Position numbers and translations under genes: made by a program
In this document: piece by piece, positions 6,512 to 15,910 of the stretch
Layout of the letters: every line of letters starts with the position of its first letter
Numbering within the stretch: position 1 is the stretch's first letter
The notes under the pieces: generated by a model
Seen by the model: the letters and a program-made list of their open reading frames with translations, nothing else
The model's database searches: none
Told to the model about the DNA's origin: nothing
Origin: a virus
Taxonomy: Duplodnaviria; Caudoviricetes
IMG/VR virus record: IMGVR_UViG_3300037313_000559
Span: 1-31,155 of that record
DNA: 31,155 nucleotides
Direction: 5' to 3' (one strand)

Positions 6512-8162
6512 GCCCACGCTGAAAGAGCGGGTCAACCGCCGCCTCGACGGCATGAAGAACAGCCGTCGCGGGTTTGAATCCGACGCCAAGGAAATCGCTT
6601 CGCTGGCAATGCCGGCCCGGTCCAGGTTTCTCGCATCCGGGACCAACAAGGGGCGCCAGCCGAACCGACGCCTGAATAGTGGCTATGGCATCCGCGCCTT
6701 CCGGACCCTCCAGGGCGGGATGACCAGCGGCCTGTCGTCGGCATCGCGTCCCTGGTTCAACCTGAAAACCTATGACGAGCAGCTGGGCGAAGATCCCGAA
6801 GTCAAAATCTGGCTCGCTGAAGTCGAGCGCCGGATGTACGCCTTCATTTCCGGAACCAATTTCTACGGCGCGGTAAAGACCGGCTATCTCGAAATCGGCG
6901 GGTTCGGGACCGAAGCCTGCATTGCCGACGAACACGCGACTGAAGGCATGGTCTGCCATCAGCTGACCTTCGGCGAATACTGGCTGGCGCTGGACGATGC
7001 ACTGATGCCTGGCGCTCTCTACCGTGAATGCCCGCTAACTGTCTTGCAGGCCGTCAACCGGTTCGGCGATCGGGTCATGCCCGAAGTCCGCCGCATGTAC
7101 GACCAGTCCAACTATGAGGAAATCGTCACCTACTACCAGGCGATCGAACGCAATGATGACTTCGAGCAAGGCAAGCTCGGATGGCAGGGCAAGCCCTGGC
7201 GCTCGATCTACTGGGATCAGAAGGACAGCGACAAGGATCGGCTAACCGACCAGCGCGGCTATTCCGAGCAGCCTTTCTGGGCTCCGCGCTGGGACACAAC
7301 TGGCGCCGATGTCTGGGGAGAGGGCCCCGGCCATGACGCCCTGCCTGACCTTCGCGAGCTGCAGCTCCAGGCCAAGCGGAAGGGCGAGGCCACGGACATG
7401 CACATCTGGCCGGAGATGGTCACCACATCGAAGGTCAAGCTGAAAAGGCAGCCGAAGAGCGTCGTCAGTGCCGCTGAAATCGACCTGAGCAAGGCAGTCC
7501 ATGTCCCCTACCAGGTGCCCTATCAGAGCATTCAGGTCATTCGCGAGGACATTGCCGATGTCAAACAGGCGATTGACGAGGCGACCTATGCCGACCTGTT
7601 CATGGCGATCACGAATATGCGCGGCGTCCAGCCCCGCAACATCGAAGAAATCGCCGCCCGCAACGAAGAGAAACTGACCCAGCTGGGCCCCGTCATCGAG
7701 CGGGTCAACAACGAGAAGCTGGAAGTCGCGATCGAGCGCGTATTCGGGATCATGCAGCGCGCCCGGTTGCTTCCCCCGGCCCCGGATTCCATGCGCAATG
7801 CGCCCGACCTGAAAATCGAGTTCGTGTCGATCCTGACACAGATGCAGCGGATGGTCGGGCTGGGCCAAATCGAGCGCACGGTTGGCTTCGTCGGCAGCCA
7901 GGTCGCGACGTTCCCGGACGCGCTCGACAAGCTCAACATCGACGAAGCGATTGACGAGTACGCTTCCCGCGCCGGCACTCCGCCCAAGATCATCCGCACC
8001 GCCGCCGAAGTCGACGAAATCCGCGAAGCGCGGGCGCAGCAAGCCAACATGGAGCGGATGATCGCCGCGGCCCCTGCCGCGAAGGATGGCGCTCAGGCAG
8101 CCGCGCTGATGGCCGATGTCGGGCAGAATGCGCTGCCGATCGCCGGGGCCATGCCCCTCTGA
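6504..8162 (+). CDS. Portal (head-to-tail connector, T7 gp8/BPP-1-like)
   Basis: 552 aa; L.GGMTSGL.S.SRPWF, PRW...WG.GPG..ALPD, EEI..R.EEKL..LGPV.ER, IEFVS.L.Q.QR. Confidence 0.93.
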   Translation: MPEPTLKERVNRRLDGMKNSRRGFESDAKEIASLAMPARSRFLASGTNKGRQPNRRLNSGYGIRAFRTLQGGMTSGLSSASRPWFNLKTYDEQLGEDPEVKIWLAEVERRMYAFISGTNFYGAVKTGYLEIGGFGTEACIADEHATEGMVCHQLTFGEYWLALDDALMPGALYRECPLTVLQAVNRFGDRVMPEVRRMYDQSNYEEIVTYYQAIERNDDFEQGKLGWQGKPWRSIYWDQKDSDKDRLTDQRGYSEQPFWAPRWDTTGADVWGEGPGHDALPDLRELQLQAKRKGEATDMHIWPEMVTTSKVKLKRQPKSVVSAAEIDLSKAVHVPYQVPYQSIQVIREDIADVKQAIDEATYADLFMAITNMRGVQPRNIEEIAARNEEKLTQLGPVIERVNNEKLEVAIERVFGIMQRARLLPPAPDSMRNAPDLKIEFVSILTQMQRMVGLGQIERTVGFVGSQVATFPDALDKLNIDEAIDEYASRAGTPPKIIRTAAEVDEIREARAQQANMERMIAAAPAAKDGAQAAALMADVGQNALPIAGAMPL

Positions 8163-8509
8163 TGGCGGACGATCCTGAAAAGCAGGAACGCCGGGACATG
8201 GAGGTACTGCTCCAGCGCCCGGAGTTCGGAAGATTTCTGTTGCGCGTGATTCAAATGGCCGGGATTTTCACCCGGACGACCGATGGGTCCGGCACGCGCA
8301 ATCTCGATTACGACGAGGGGCGCAGGAACCTGGGGTTAGAAATCTTTGAGATGGCCGAGGCGGCACAGCCTCAGGGCCCGGTTCCCGGCATCCCAGCCGC
8401 AACCCTCACCCAAATCCTTCTCGAAGAAGCCCGCAGGCCCAAACCGGAGAAACCCAATGCGAAACGTACTGACCGACACGACGAGCTTAGAGATGGCGAT
8501 GACCGCTAA
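8162..8509 (+). CDS. Conserved protein between portal and scaffold (Bbp19-like)
   Basis: FGRFLLRV...AGIF and EGRRNLGL motifs; synteny. Confidence 0.75.
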   Translation: MADDPEKQERRDMEVLLQRPEFGRFLLRVIQMAGIFTRTTDGSGTRNLDYDEGRRNLGLEIFEMAEAAQPQGPVPGIPAATLTQILLEEARRPKPEKPNAKRTDRHDELRDGDDR

Positions 8510-9380
8510 CAGCGGTTTCGGCATCATCCGCCCGACCCCCCTGGAGCGCGCCGCCGGCCGGCTGATGCGCGCCCCGGATCATGGCGCGGACGGCGGCGGC
8601 GATGGCGCACAGGGCGGCGGTGACGGAGCCGACGCGGGTAAGGGTGGCGCTGCGGATGGAGGTTCGAATGCTGGCCAGTCGGATGGCAGCGCTGCTGAAG
8701 CTGGCAGCGGTGACGAAGCCTCTCTGCTTGGCGGCGCGGGAACCGAGACCGGAAGCGGAGACGGCGGCCAGGATGGTCAGCAAGGCAAAAAGGATGGCGG
8801 TGACGGTGAGGGCCAGGCTGACGGTGCGCCCGAAGCGTACGACCTCAAACTGACGGTCATCGAAAAGAACGACAAGGGCGAGGACGTTGAAACGCCGATC
8901 GAGATGGATCAGGCGCTGGTCGAAGCCGCCACGCCAGTCCTGAAGAAGCTCAATCTCACCAATGACCAAGCCAATGAGCTGGTCGGGCTCGTGCCGCAAA
9001 TCCAGGAGCGCGTTCTCCAGGCGCAGGCCGACGATCACTCTGCTCTGAAGGCGCAATGGGCAAAGGAAGTCCAGGCCGACAAGGAGCTGGGCGGCAAGAA
9101 TTGGAGCGCTACCGAAGCGCTCGCAGCCAAGGCGCTCGATCATTTCGGCGCCCCTTCCGAGAAGGACAAGGACGGCAACGAAACCAATCCGTTCCGTGTG
9201 CTGCTCAACGAAACCGGGCTCGGCAATCACCCCGAAATGGTCCGCATGTTCCGCAAGATCGGCGAAGCCGTTGGCGAGGACAGCACAGTCCGGGGCGATG
9301 GCGCCGCAGCCCAGAAAGTCGACCGTCTGGAAGTCCTTTACCCCGACGATGTTCCCAAAGACCAAAAGCAAGGAGCTTAG
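8457..9380 (+). CDS. Capsid scaffolding/assembly protein
   Basis: GGAG SD 7 nt before ATG 8457; Gly/Asp-rich N-terminus, APEAYD, W..EV..DKELGG, TGLGNHPE.VR.F.KIG..ED. Confidence 0.85.
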   Translation: MRNVLTDTTSLEMAMTANSGFGIIRPTPLERAAGRLMRAPDHGADGGGDGAQGGGDGADAGKGGAADGGSNAGQSDGSAAEAGSGDEASLLGGAGTETGSGDGGQDGQQGKKDGGDGEGQADGAPEAYDLKLTVIEKNDKGEDVETPIEMDQALVEAATPVLKKLNLTNDQANELVGLVPQIQERVLQAQADDHSALKAQWAKEVQADKELGGKNWSATEALAAKALDHFGAPSEKDKDGNETNPFRVLLNETGLGNHPEMVRMFRKIGEAVGEDSTVRGDGAAAQKVDRLEVLYPDDVPKDQKQGA

Positions 9381-9382
9381 TG

Positions 9383-10411
9383 ATGGCTACGATCGGCGCA
9401 TCATACCTGAACCTCATCGACATGTACCGCAATGGCGGTGACGTTCGTGCGGCCGAAACGGTCGAAGCGCTTCGTCGCTCGGCTCCAGCGGTCAAGGACG
9501 CAATCGCGGTCGAGGCCAATCGCGGCACAACCCACGAACATGCGATCCGCACCGGCCTGCCCGGCGTCACCTGGGGCCGCCTCTACCAGGGCATTCCCCA
9601 GAGCAAGTCGACCCGCGCCATGGTGGTTGATACGACCGGCTTCGTTGAGGGCCTGTCGACCGTCGACGAACGCCTGCTGGCGATTTCGCCGAACGCGGCG
9701 GCCATGCGGGACGGCGAGGCGACGGCTTTCATCGAGAGCCTGACCCAGGAAGCCGAAACCGGCATCTTCTATCATGACTCCGCGTCGACCCCTGAGAAGT
9801 TCAAGGGCCTGTTCGCACGGTACAACACCGTTTCGGCGTCCAGCCCCTATGCGAACAACGTGATCGATGCTGGCGGCACCGGTTCGGACAACACGTCGAT
9901 CGCGATCGTCACCTGGTCGGAAAATGCCACCCACCTGATCCACCCGAAGGGTACGAAGGTCGGCATCGAGCGCACTGACCGGGGATCGCAGCGCGTCACT
10001 GACGCCAATGGCAACGCCTATTACGTCAAGGAAGAAGAGTTCCGCTGGCACCTTGGCCTGGCCGTTCGCGATTGGCGCTACAACGTCCGGGTCTGCAATC
10101 TCGATGTCAGCGACATGATCGCCGGCACCGTCGACGTGCTGAAGTATCTCCGCAAAGCGTATCACCGCATTCACGGTCGCATTCGCGCAACCGACATGAA
10201 GGACGAGAACGCTTCGCTCAACGGTCGGACGGTCATGTACATGAACCGCACGGTCTATGAAGCGCTCGACGCCCAGTTGACCAACCCGTCGCTAAACGCG
10301 GCGCTTCGCCTGACGCCCATGCAGCTCGAAGGCGAAGAGGTCGAATCCTATCGCGGTATTCCGATCCGGGTCACCGACCAGCTGCTCAACACCGAAGCCC
10401 GCGTGGTCTGA
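9383..10411 (+). CDS. Major capsid protein (342 aa, BPP-1 Bbp17-like)
   Basis: AGGAG SD at 9371-75; RTGLP..TW..LY.G, F.GL..RY, IDAGGTGSDNTSI, W.LGLAVRDWRY..R..N.D, GIPIR.TD.LLNTE. Confidence 0.93.
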   Translation: MATIGASYLNLIDMYRNGGDVRAAETVEALRRSAPAVKDAIAVEANRGTTHEHAIRTGLPGVTWGRLYQGIPQSKSTRAMVVDTTGFVEGLSTVDERLLAISPNAAAMRDGEATAFIESLTQEAETGIFYHDSASTPEKFKGLFARYNTVSASSPYANNVIDAGGTGSDNTSIAIVTWSENATHLIHPKGTKVGIERTDRGSQRVTDANGNAYYVKEEEFRWHLGLAVRDWRYNVRVCNLDVSDMIAGTVDVLKYLRKAYHRIHGRIRATDMKDENASLNGRTVMYMNRTVYEALDAQLTNPSLNAALRLTPMQLEGEEVESYRGIPIRVTDQLLNTEARVV

Positions 10412-10435
10412 GGCCAGCGAACAAGGAGATATGAC

Positions 10436-10867
10436 ATGATTGTCGATAACACTCTGGTCCTCAGCGACAGCCAGGCAATCACCGCCACGGCGCGGTCGAC
10501 CAACATCATCGACCTTGGCGCGGCCGGCACCGCGTACGGCGCTTCGGCTGCCGTCCGCCGTGATATCGGCAAGGCGACCAACATCCCGATCCAGGTTTCG
10601 ATCACCGAAACGTTCAACAACCTCACCAGCCTGACTTTCCAGGTCGAGGTCGACGACGATCCGGCGTTCGGCTCGCCCAAGATCGTGGCGGTTGGTCCGG
10701 CAGTTCTGGCCGCCGCGCTTACCGCAGGCAGCCAGATCAACTTCCCAGCAGAGATCCCGGAAGGCGTCGACGAACGCTTCCTGGCGCTCCGCTACACCGT
10801 CGCTGGCACCGCGCCGTCGACCGGCAAGGTTTTCGCCGCGATCGTCGCTGGCCGCCAGGCCAATTAA
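10436..10867 (+). CDS. Capsid cement/decoration protein (Bbp16-like)
   Basis: MIVD..L.LSD.QAIT.TA.STN.IDLG and RFL.LRYTV.GT; follows the capsid gene. Confidence 0.85.
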   Translation: MIVDNTLVLSDSQAITATARSTNIIDLGAAGTAYGASAAVRRDIGKATNIPIQVSITETFNNLTSLTFQVEVDDDPAFGSPKIVAVGPAVLAAALTAGSQINFPAEIPEGVDERFLALRYTVAGTAPSTGKVFAAIVAGRQAN

Positions 10868-10885
10868 CCGAAGGGAGCTTGAACC

Positions 10886-11389
10886 ATGGCCGATGACACT
10901 CAGGGCAAAGCCCAGCAGAAGCCCGCAACGACCGGCCCCGGCAATGCCAAGGCAGTCGACAAGGGCGAAGCCGCGGCCGATCGCCGGACGGTACGTCCCG
11001 CAACCGAGACGCGCGTCCGCCCTGCGGCGGAGCCCGCTGAAGATAAGCGCCCGACCGCAGAAGAAATCGAGAAGCGCGAGCCGAAAACCTACCGCGCTCT
11101 GGAGCGCGGCTACGTTGACGGTCGCATTGTCGAGGCAGGCGACGTTTTCACCACGAAGGCCGACAAGGGCGCCTGGATGGAGAAGGTCAAGAAAAGCGAG
11201 GGCTATGGCGTCGACCAGGCGGTTGACGAAGCTGGCTACGCCAAAAAGGCCGATGTCGACTATGAAGGGATGAGCGAGCCCGCTCTCGAAGCGCTTGCTG
11301 CCCTGGTTGGCGTCAGCAAGCCGGGCGAGCTGAACAAGGATGACCTGATCGCAGCTATCAAGGCTGCCCGCATCCCAGCGGCTCAGTGA
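10886..11389 (+). CDS. Phage protein with C-terminal HeH/Rho-N-like domain
   Basis: YEGMSEPALEALAALVGVSKPGELNKDDLIAAI; GGGAG SD. Confidence 0.7.
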   Translation: MADDTQGKAQQKPATTGPGNAKAVDKGEAAADRRTVRPATETRVRPAAEPAEDKRPTAEEIEKREPKTYRALERGYVDGRIVEAGDVFTTKADKGAWMEKVKKSEGYGVDQAVDEAGYAKKADVDYEGMSEPALEALAALVGVSKPGELNKDDLIAAIKAARIPAAQ

Positions 11390-11396
11390 CGAAACG

Positions 11397-11418
11397 GGCG
11401 GGGGCTTCGGTCCCCGCC
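11397..11418 (+). terminator. GC hairpin with cUUCGg loop after the head genes (weak terminator or mRNA stabiliser)
   Basis: GGCGGGGGC-TTCG-GTCCCCGCC; no U-tract. Confidence 0.5.
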
Positions 11419-11427
11419 TAACCGCCC

Positions 11428-11883
11428 ATGGCTGCGCCCGCTCCCGTTTTCCGAAGCCAGGGCAACTCCCTGTTCAAGACCGACAAGCAAGATCGCGCCT
11501 ACGCCAGAGGCCAAACCGTCCCCTATGATGTCAACGGCGCCCCGCCAGTCACTCCCCCGGAGCCCGGCGCGCTGGTCATCAACATCGACGATCTGCCGCT
11601 CGCGACATCGAGCGAACCGCTGTTTGAGTTCGTCGTCCCGACCGGCGGGATCATCTTCAGCGGCGATGATTACCTGAGCGCTGGCGTGGCCGCGACATCG
11701 CCTTCAGCGCTCCGCTATTTCAAGAACGGCGCTGCCAACGGAACCCTGACTTTCACCGGCACGAGCGGCGCTAGTTCCTTCAGCGATTCAACCTACGCGG
11801 CCGGCGACCTATTCGGGCTTTACCCGCCAACAAGCATCGACGCGACACTGGACCGGCTGCGCATCACATTAGGGACCGACTGA
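11428..11883 (+). CDS. Putative virion accessory protein (151 aa)
   Basis: Beta-rich; C-terminal AAGD...P...DATL...ITL pattern seen in phage fibre proteins. Confidence 0.7.
   Translation: MAAPAPVFRSQGNSLFKTDKQDRAYARGQTVPYDVNGAPPVTPPEPGALVINIDDLPLATSSEPLFEFVVPTGGIIFSGDDYLSAGVAATSPSALRYFKNGAANGTLTFTGTSGASSFSDSTYAAGDLFGLYPPTSIDATLDRLRITLGTD
11783..11821 (+). promoter_or_regulatory. Putative late promoter, copy 6 (intragenic)
   Basis: GCGATTCAA at 11783-11791; TATTCG at 11810-11815 at the same spacing; predicted TSS A11822, 61 nt before ATG 11883. Confidence 0.55.
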
Positions 11884-12308
11884 TGGCTAATGCGATCTAT
11901 CCCATCTACAAAAACGCGCTGATGACGGCGGCGGCAAACGTCAGCCTCGATCAGAACACGTCAACCGATGGCCCCTATGTCGCTCTGGTCGACACCGGCA
12001 CCTACACCTATTCGGCGGCCCATGATTTCTACAACGATCTGAGTGGCATCGTCGGCACCGACCAACGCATTACCACGCCAACGGTCGGCTCAGTTTCGAA
12101 CGGCACTTTCGACGGCGATAACGTCACCTTCACAGCGGTTAGCGGCAACAGCGTCGAGGCGCTGATCTACTACCGCAAGAACAGCGGTGCGAACACGACC
12201 TGGCGGCTGGTCTTATACCAAGACACCAGCGTCACCGGCCTGCCTGTCACCCCCAACGGCGGCGATATCGCCATTTCCTTCAACGCCAGCGGGATTTTCA
12301 CGCTATGA
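11883..12308 (+). CDS. Putative virion structural protein (141 aa)
   Basis: MANAIY..YK..L, LVDTGTYTYSAAH, GLPVTPNGGDI...NASGIF pattern of phage structural proteins. Confidence 0.75.
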   Translation: MANAIYPIYKNALMTAAANVSLDQNTSTDGPYVALVDTGTYTYSAAHDFYNDLSGIVGTDQRITTPTVGSVSNGTFDGDNVTFTAVSGNSVEALIYYRKNSGANTTWRLVLYQDTSVTGLPVTPNGGDIAISFNASGIFTL

Positions 12309-12664
12309 TCACGATCATCGAAGGCCCGGCGAAGAGCGGCAAGTCGGCACTGGCGAACAGCCTTCGCAACCGTCACATCGGTCGCGGTCTGGACGAGAAG
12401 GCTGGCGTTTTCCATGGTGCGCTGCTGATCGACGAAGATCAGGATGGCGAGCCGCGGCATCTGCTGGAGAAGCTGATTCATGGCATGGCGCTTCCGGGCG
12501 ATGGAACGCCGGTCAATGCCAAGGAAATCCCTTGGAAGGCGGACCCCCAAGTCGTCATCGTCGGCAAGAAGCAGGAAAAGCTGCTGGACGAGTTTGAGAA
12601 GCTGATCCCAGGCTTCAAGGCGAAGGTCGGCCCGGTCAAGCGCCTGAAGCTGACCGATGCTTGA
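12305..12664 (+). CDS. Minimal P-loop NTPase-like protein (119 aa)
   Basis: Walker A IIEGPAKSGKS; Walker B-like ALLIDE. Confidence 0.7.
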   Translation: MITIIEGPAKSGKSALANSLRNRHIGRGLDEKAGVFHGALLIDEDQDGEPRHLLEKLIHGMALPGDGTPVNAKEIPWKADPQVVIVGKKQEKLLDEFEKLIPGFKAKVGPVKRLKLTDA

Positions 12665-12938
12665 TGAGCGTTCCGAGCTAACCCGCCGCTTCGCTCAGCA
12701 GGCCCACGGATACCAGCGCGAGGCGGTTATCAACGCTGGCGGCAACATGGTTCTAAATGCCGTCCGCCAGAATCATCGCCGGCTGGCCGATGCCGAACAC
12801 GAGCTAGAATACCTTGTCGAGCGGATGAAGGCGGCGCTCCGTGAAAATCATTACGACAGCAATGGCGAACGCCGGATCACGAACATCCTGGTTCCGCCCT
12901 TGGAAGAGCTGGTCGCGGCGACGTTAGCGGAGGGCTAG
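12657..12938 (+). CDS. Hypothetical helical protein (93 aa)
   Basis: Overlaps the upstream stop; fills the gap. Confidence 0.7.
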   Translation: MLDERSELTRRFAQQAHGYQREAVINAGGNMVLNAVRQNHRRLADAEHELEYLVERMKAALRENHYDSNGERRITNILVPPLEELVAATLAEG

Positions 12939-12941
12939 AGG

Positions 12942-14345
12942 ATGGCCCTTCGCAATCGCGCCAAAATGAATACCGCCACAACCGGCACCGGCGCCATCAC
13001 GCTGGGCACGGCGGAGGCGGGTTTCCAGTCCTTCGCGGCGGCTGGCGTGGCCAATGGTGAGACTGTCCACTACATAATCGAGGACGGCGCTGACTGGGAA
13101 ATTGGCGTCGGCAGCTACACTGCCAGCGGCACAATCCTGAGCCGCACGGTCATCGAAAGTTCCAATGCCGATGCTGCCCTTAACCTGAGCGGAGCCGCAA
13201 AGGTCTATATCGCTCCGATCGCCTTTGCGCTGGGCGGCCTGCTCGTGAACGGTCACCTGGAAACCGACGACAGCTTTCGAGTCACAGGTACGCTCACCAC
13301 GCCGACAAGCGGCAAGGGCGTCGAGATCGTCTGGGCTGCCGGCGACATCGGCAAAATCACCGCTCGCGAGCGCGGCGGTTCAAACGCATATTTCGATCTG
13401 CATCTACGCTCCCTGACGCTCGATATTCGGCCTTCAGACACGTCTGTCGGCGTATTCAGCTCGACCGGCTTGGCGATGGTCCAGCCCATCACCTTCGCGC
13501 ACGTCGCATCTCCCGGAACGCCCGCCGTCGACAACCTTACCCTCGCGCCGCAGCGGCTGAATGCTTCTGGCGGACGTGCCTGGATGCGGCACAAGGACGA
13601 AGCTGGCGTTTTCATGACCATCGCCGCTCATCCTGGCCGCAATACCATTGTCACCGCGCAGGCGATCGGCAACGCGACGACTGCGATTGCTCCCAATGGG
13701 ATGGCGGCCTTAACCGCGCTCGGCACGGCGACGGCGCGAAACGTCGCTTCGACCAGCCGACTGACGCGATCAAGGCGGATTGGCTATGTCAGCTCGGCGA
13801 CGGCGGGCAACGCGGCTGGGCTGCACAACGGCACCGCAACAACGCAGTGGACCGTTGGCGGGGCAGCCGGTGGCGGCTTCCTGGCCCTTTTCCGCATCGC
13901 CGTCAGTGACGCATCGCTGGTCAGTGGCGCCCATGCCATAATCGGATTCCGCAGCTCGACATCGGCCCCAACCGCTGCGACCAATCCTAACACCCTGACA
14001 AACATCATCGCGCTCGCGCAATGCAACGGCGGCGCCAACTGGCGGATCGTCTACGGCGGATCGGCTGCCCAAACCGATGTCGATACCGGCATTGCGGTCA
14101 ACAACACTGATCTGCTGGAGTTCACGCTCTACGCGCGTCCTGATGTCGCGAACAAAGTCACCTGGCGGCTGGAGAATATCTCGACCGGCACCGTAGCGAG
14201 CGGCGAGCTGACCGGCACCGCGGGCACGGCTCTTCCGGCCAACACAACGTTTCTGGGCCCGACGATCTGGCGCTCCAACAACGCCACGGCCTCAGCAGTC
14301 GGCATCGACATCACCAGCTACTACATCGAGAGCGATATTGCCTGA
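12942..14345 (+). CDS. Fibre-like virion protein (467 aa)
   Basis: N-terminal NRAK..T.TTGTG.ITLG...Y.IEDG..WE.G.G.Y...LSRT anchor; Ala/Gly/Thr-rich beta C-terminus. Confidence 0.75.
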   Translation: MALRNRAKMNTATTGTGAITLGTAEAGFQSFAAAGVANGETVHYIIEDGADWEIGVGSYTASGTILSRTVIESSNADAALNLSGAAKVYIAPIAFALGGLLVNGHLETDDSFRVTGTLTTPTSGKGVEIVWAAGDIGKITARERGGSNAYFDLHLRSLTLDIRPSDTSVGVFSSTGLAMVQPITFAHVASPGTPAVDNLTLAPQRLNASGGRAWMRHKDEAGVFMTIAAHPGRNTIVTAQAIGNATTAIAPNGMAALTALGTATARNVASTSRLTRSRRIGYVSSATAGNAAGLHNGTATTQWTVGGAAGGGFLALFRIAVSDASLVSGAHAIIGFRSSTSAPTAATNPNTLTNIIALAQCNGGANWRIVYGGSAAQTDVDTGIAVNNTDLLEFTLYARPDVANKVTWRLENISTGTVASGELTGTAGTALPANTTFLGPTIWRSNNATASAVGIDITSYYIESDIA

Positions 14346-15193
14346 TGCTGGGCTTCTATCCGCTTGGTGGAGCCCCGCTCGCTGATGATGGCGCGAATGG
14401 TGCCATCCTATTGGCGCCTACCCTGTTCGCCAATAGCCAGACATTCCCGACGCCAACAGTTTCCCCCGGAGCGGTCGGCCTAGCGCCATCCCTCTACAGC
14501 GACAGCGATGCTTTCTATGCGCCGGTCGTTACGTCCAGCTACAGCCTGGCCCCGGCCCTTTTCGCAAATTCACAGACAGTCCAGACCCCGACCGTCACTC
14601 GCGGAACGGTCACCCTCACCCCCTCGCTGTTCAGCGATGGTGACAGTTTCTTCGCCCCGACAGTGACGCGGGGAACGGTGACCCTGACGCCTTCGCTGAT
14701 GACCGATGGCGACACGTTCCATGTGCCCACGGTCACCGCATCAAAGACGCTGAGCCCGGCGCTGTATGCGAATGGCCAGACCTTCCACGTTGCGACCCTT
14801 GCCGCGTCGTACACGCTGTTCCCGCCGCTGATCAGCGATGCGGATACGTTCCACTCGCCAACCGTCACTTCCTCCTATGCGCTGCTGGCGCCGCTCTACG
14901 TCAACGGACAGACCTTCTTCAGCCCGACCGTCGCCATCGGCTCACTGCAAACCCTCACCCCCAGCCTGGTCACCAACGGGCAGAGCTTCTTCGCGCCAAC
15001 AGTCACCGCTCTGTCGACGCTGTTCCCTGGCTTGGTCGGGAACGGCAACACGATCCACAGCCCGACCATGACCGGGCTCTATGCGGGCTCAGCGTCCCGC
15101 CACATCAATGTGCAGTCGTTCTATGTGCCCCAGGTTCTCAGCACTGCTGGCGGCTCGACCAGGCCCAAGGTGACCGCCTTCTTCTTCCGCTAG
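14345..15193 (+). CDS. Repeat-rich fibre/filament-like protein (282 aa)
   Basis: MLGFYPLGGAPLA start; about ten 22-24 aa repeats LxPxL(F/Y)x(N/D)x(Q/D)xFxxPTV. Confidence 0.75.
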   Translation: MLGFYPLGGAPLADDGANGAILLAPTLFANSQTFPTPTVSPGAVGLAPSLYSDSDAFYAPVVTSSYSLAPALFANSQTVQTPTVTRGTVTLTPSLFSDGDSFFAPTVTRGTVTLTPSLMTDGDTFHVPTVTASKTLSPALYANGQTFHVATLAASYTLFPPLISDADTFHSPTVTSSYALLAPLYVNGQTFFSPTVAIGSLQTLTPSLVTNGQSFFAPTVTALSTLFPGLVGNGNTIHSPTMTGLYAGSASRHINVQSFYVPQVLSTAGGSTRPKVTAFFFR

Positions 15194-15232
15194 GCGATTC
15201 AATGCCGCTCCCGACTGCGGCAAGTCCGTTCC
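15194..15232 (+). promoter_or_regulatory. Putative late promoter, copy 7 (tail genes, leaderless)
   Basis: GCGATTCAA at 15194-15202; CAAGTC at 15221-26; ATG 15233 is 38 nt after C15195. Confidence 0.75.
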
Positions 15233-15910
15233 ATGCCCGCCCTCTCCCGCCTGCACGTCTGCAATCTGGCTGTAGCGCATTTGCCTGCGGAGCCGATTTC
15301 CAGTCTCGAAGAAAACAGCCTGCCAGCGCGGGAGTGCCGCCGCTTCTATCCGGAAGTCGTTTCCGACATGCTGGAGGGGCCGCACGATTGGAGCTTCGCC
15401 AACCGGCGCGAGTCCTTGGCGCTGAAGGCGGTCAACGACCGGGCTCAGGAATGGCTGTACGCCTATGCGCTGCCGGCGAACATGGGAACGCCGATCCGGG
15501 TCTTGCCCGATCTGGCGGCAGCTGGCCTTGGATTTCCGATCCCGCTGCCAGGCGAGCCCTTTGCCGAGACATGGGCATCGACCGGCACCTACATCGAAAC
15601 CCCTTACATCATTGAAGGCGACACGCTCTATTCGAACAGCTCAGGTGCCATCCTTGAATTTGGCGTCAATGACCTAACCGGCATCATCGTTTCGCAGCTG
15701 GTCATCCGGGCGATGGCGCTCGATCTTGCCGCCCGTCTGGCGATCCCGGTCAAGAAGGACAGCGAGCGGGAAAGCACCCTCTTGAATCTGGCCGAGGGCG
15801 CCTGGCAGCGCGCCATTGCCGACGATCGCAACCGCCAACCGGAGCAGAGCGGGCAGTATATTTCGGAAGCCATGGCGGCCCGCCGCGGATACCTGACCGA
15901 GGCGCCATAA
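15233..15910 (+). CDS. Tail tubular protein A / head-tail adaptor (T7 gp11-like)
   Basis: VCNLA..L....I.SL.E....AR.C..FY, HDWSFA..R..LA, W.YAY.LP. Confidence 0.85.
   Translation: MPALSRLHVCNLAVAHLPAEPISSLEENSLPARECRRFYPEVVSDMLEGPHDWSFANRRESLALKAVNDRAQEWLYAYALPANMGTPIRVLPDLAAAGLGFPIPLPGEPFAETWASTGTYIETPYIIEGDTLYSNSSGAILEFGVNDLTGIIVSQLVIRAMALDLAARLAIPVKKDSERESTLLNLAEGAWQRAIADDRNRQPEQSGQYISEAMAARRGYLTEAP

Noticed and set aside
8246-8285. GTGATTCAA as a tenth late promoter for scaffold/capsid
   Set aside because: T replaces the conserved C, no A at the -11 position and no ATG at +38; it remains a weak possibility since no other motif copy precedes the capsid gene
12474-12512. TGATTCAT as another promoter copy
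   Set aside because: Two mismatches, intragenic, purine at -12
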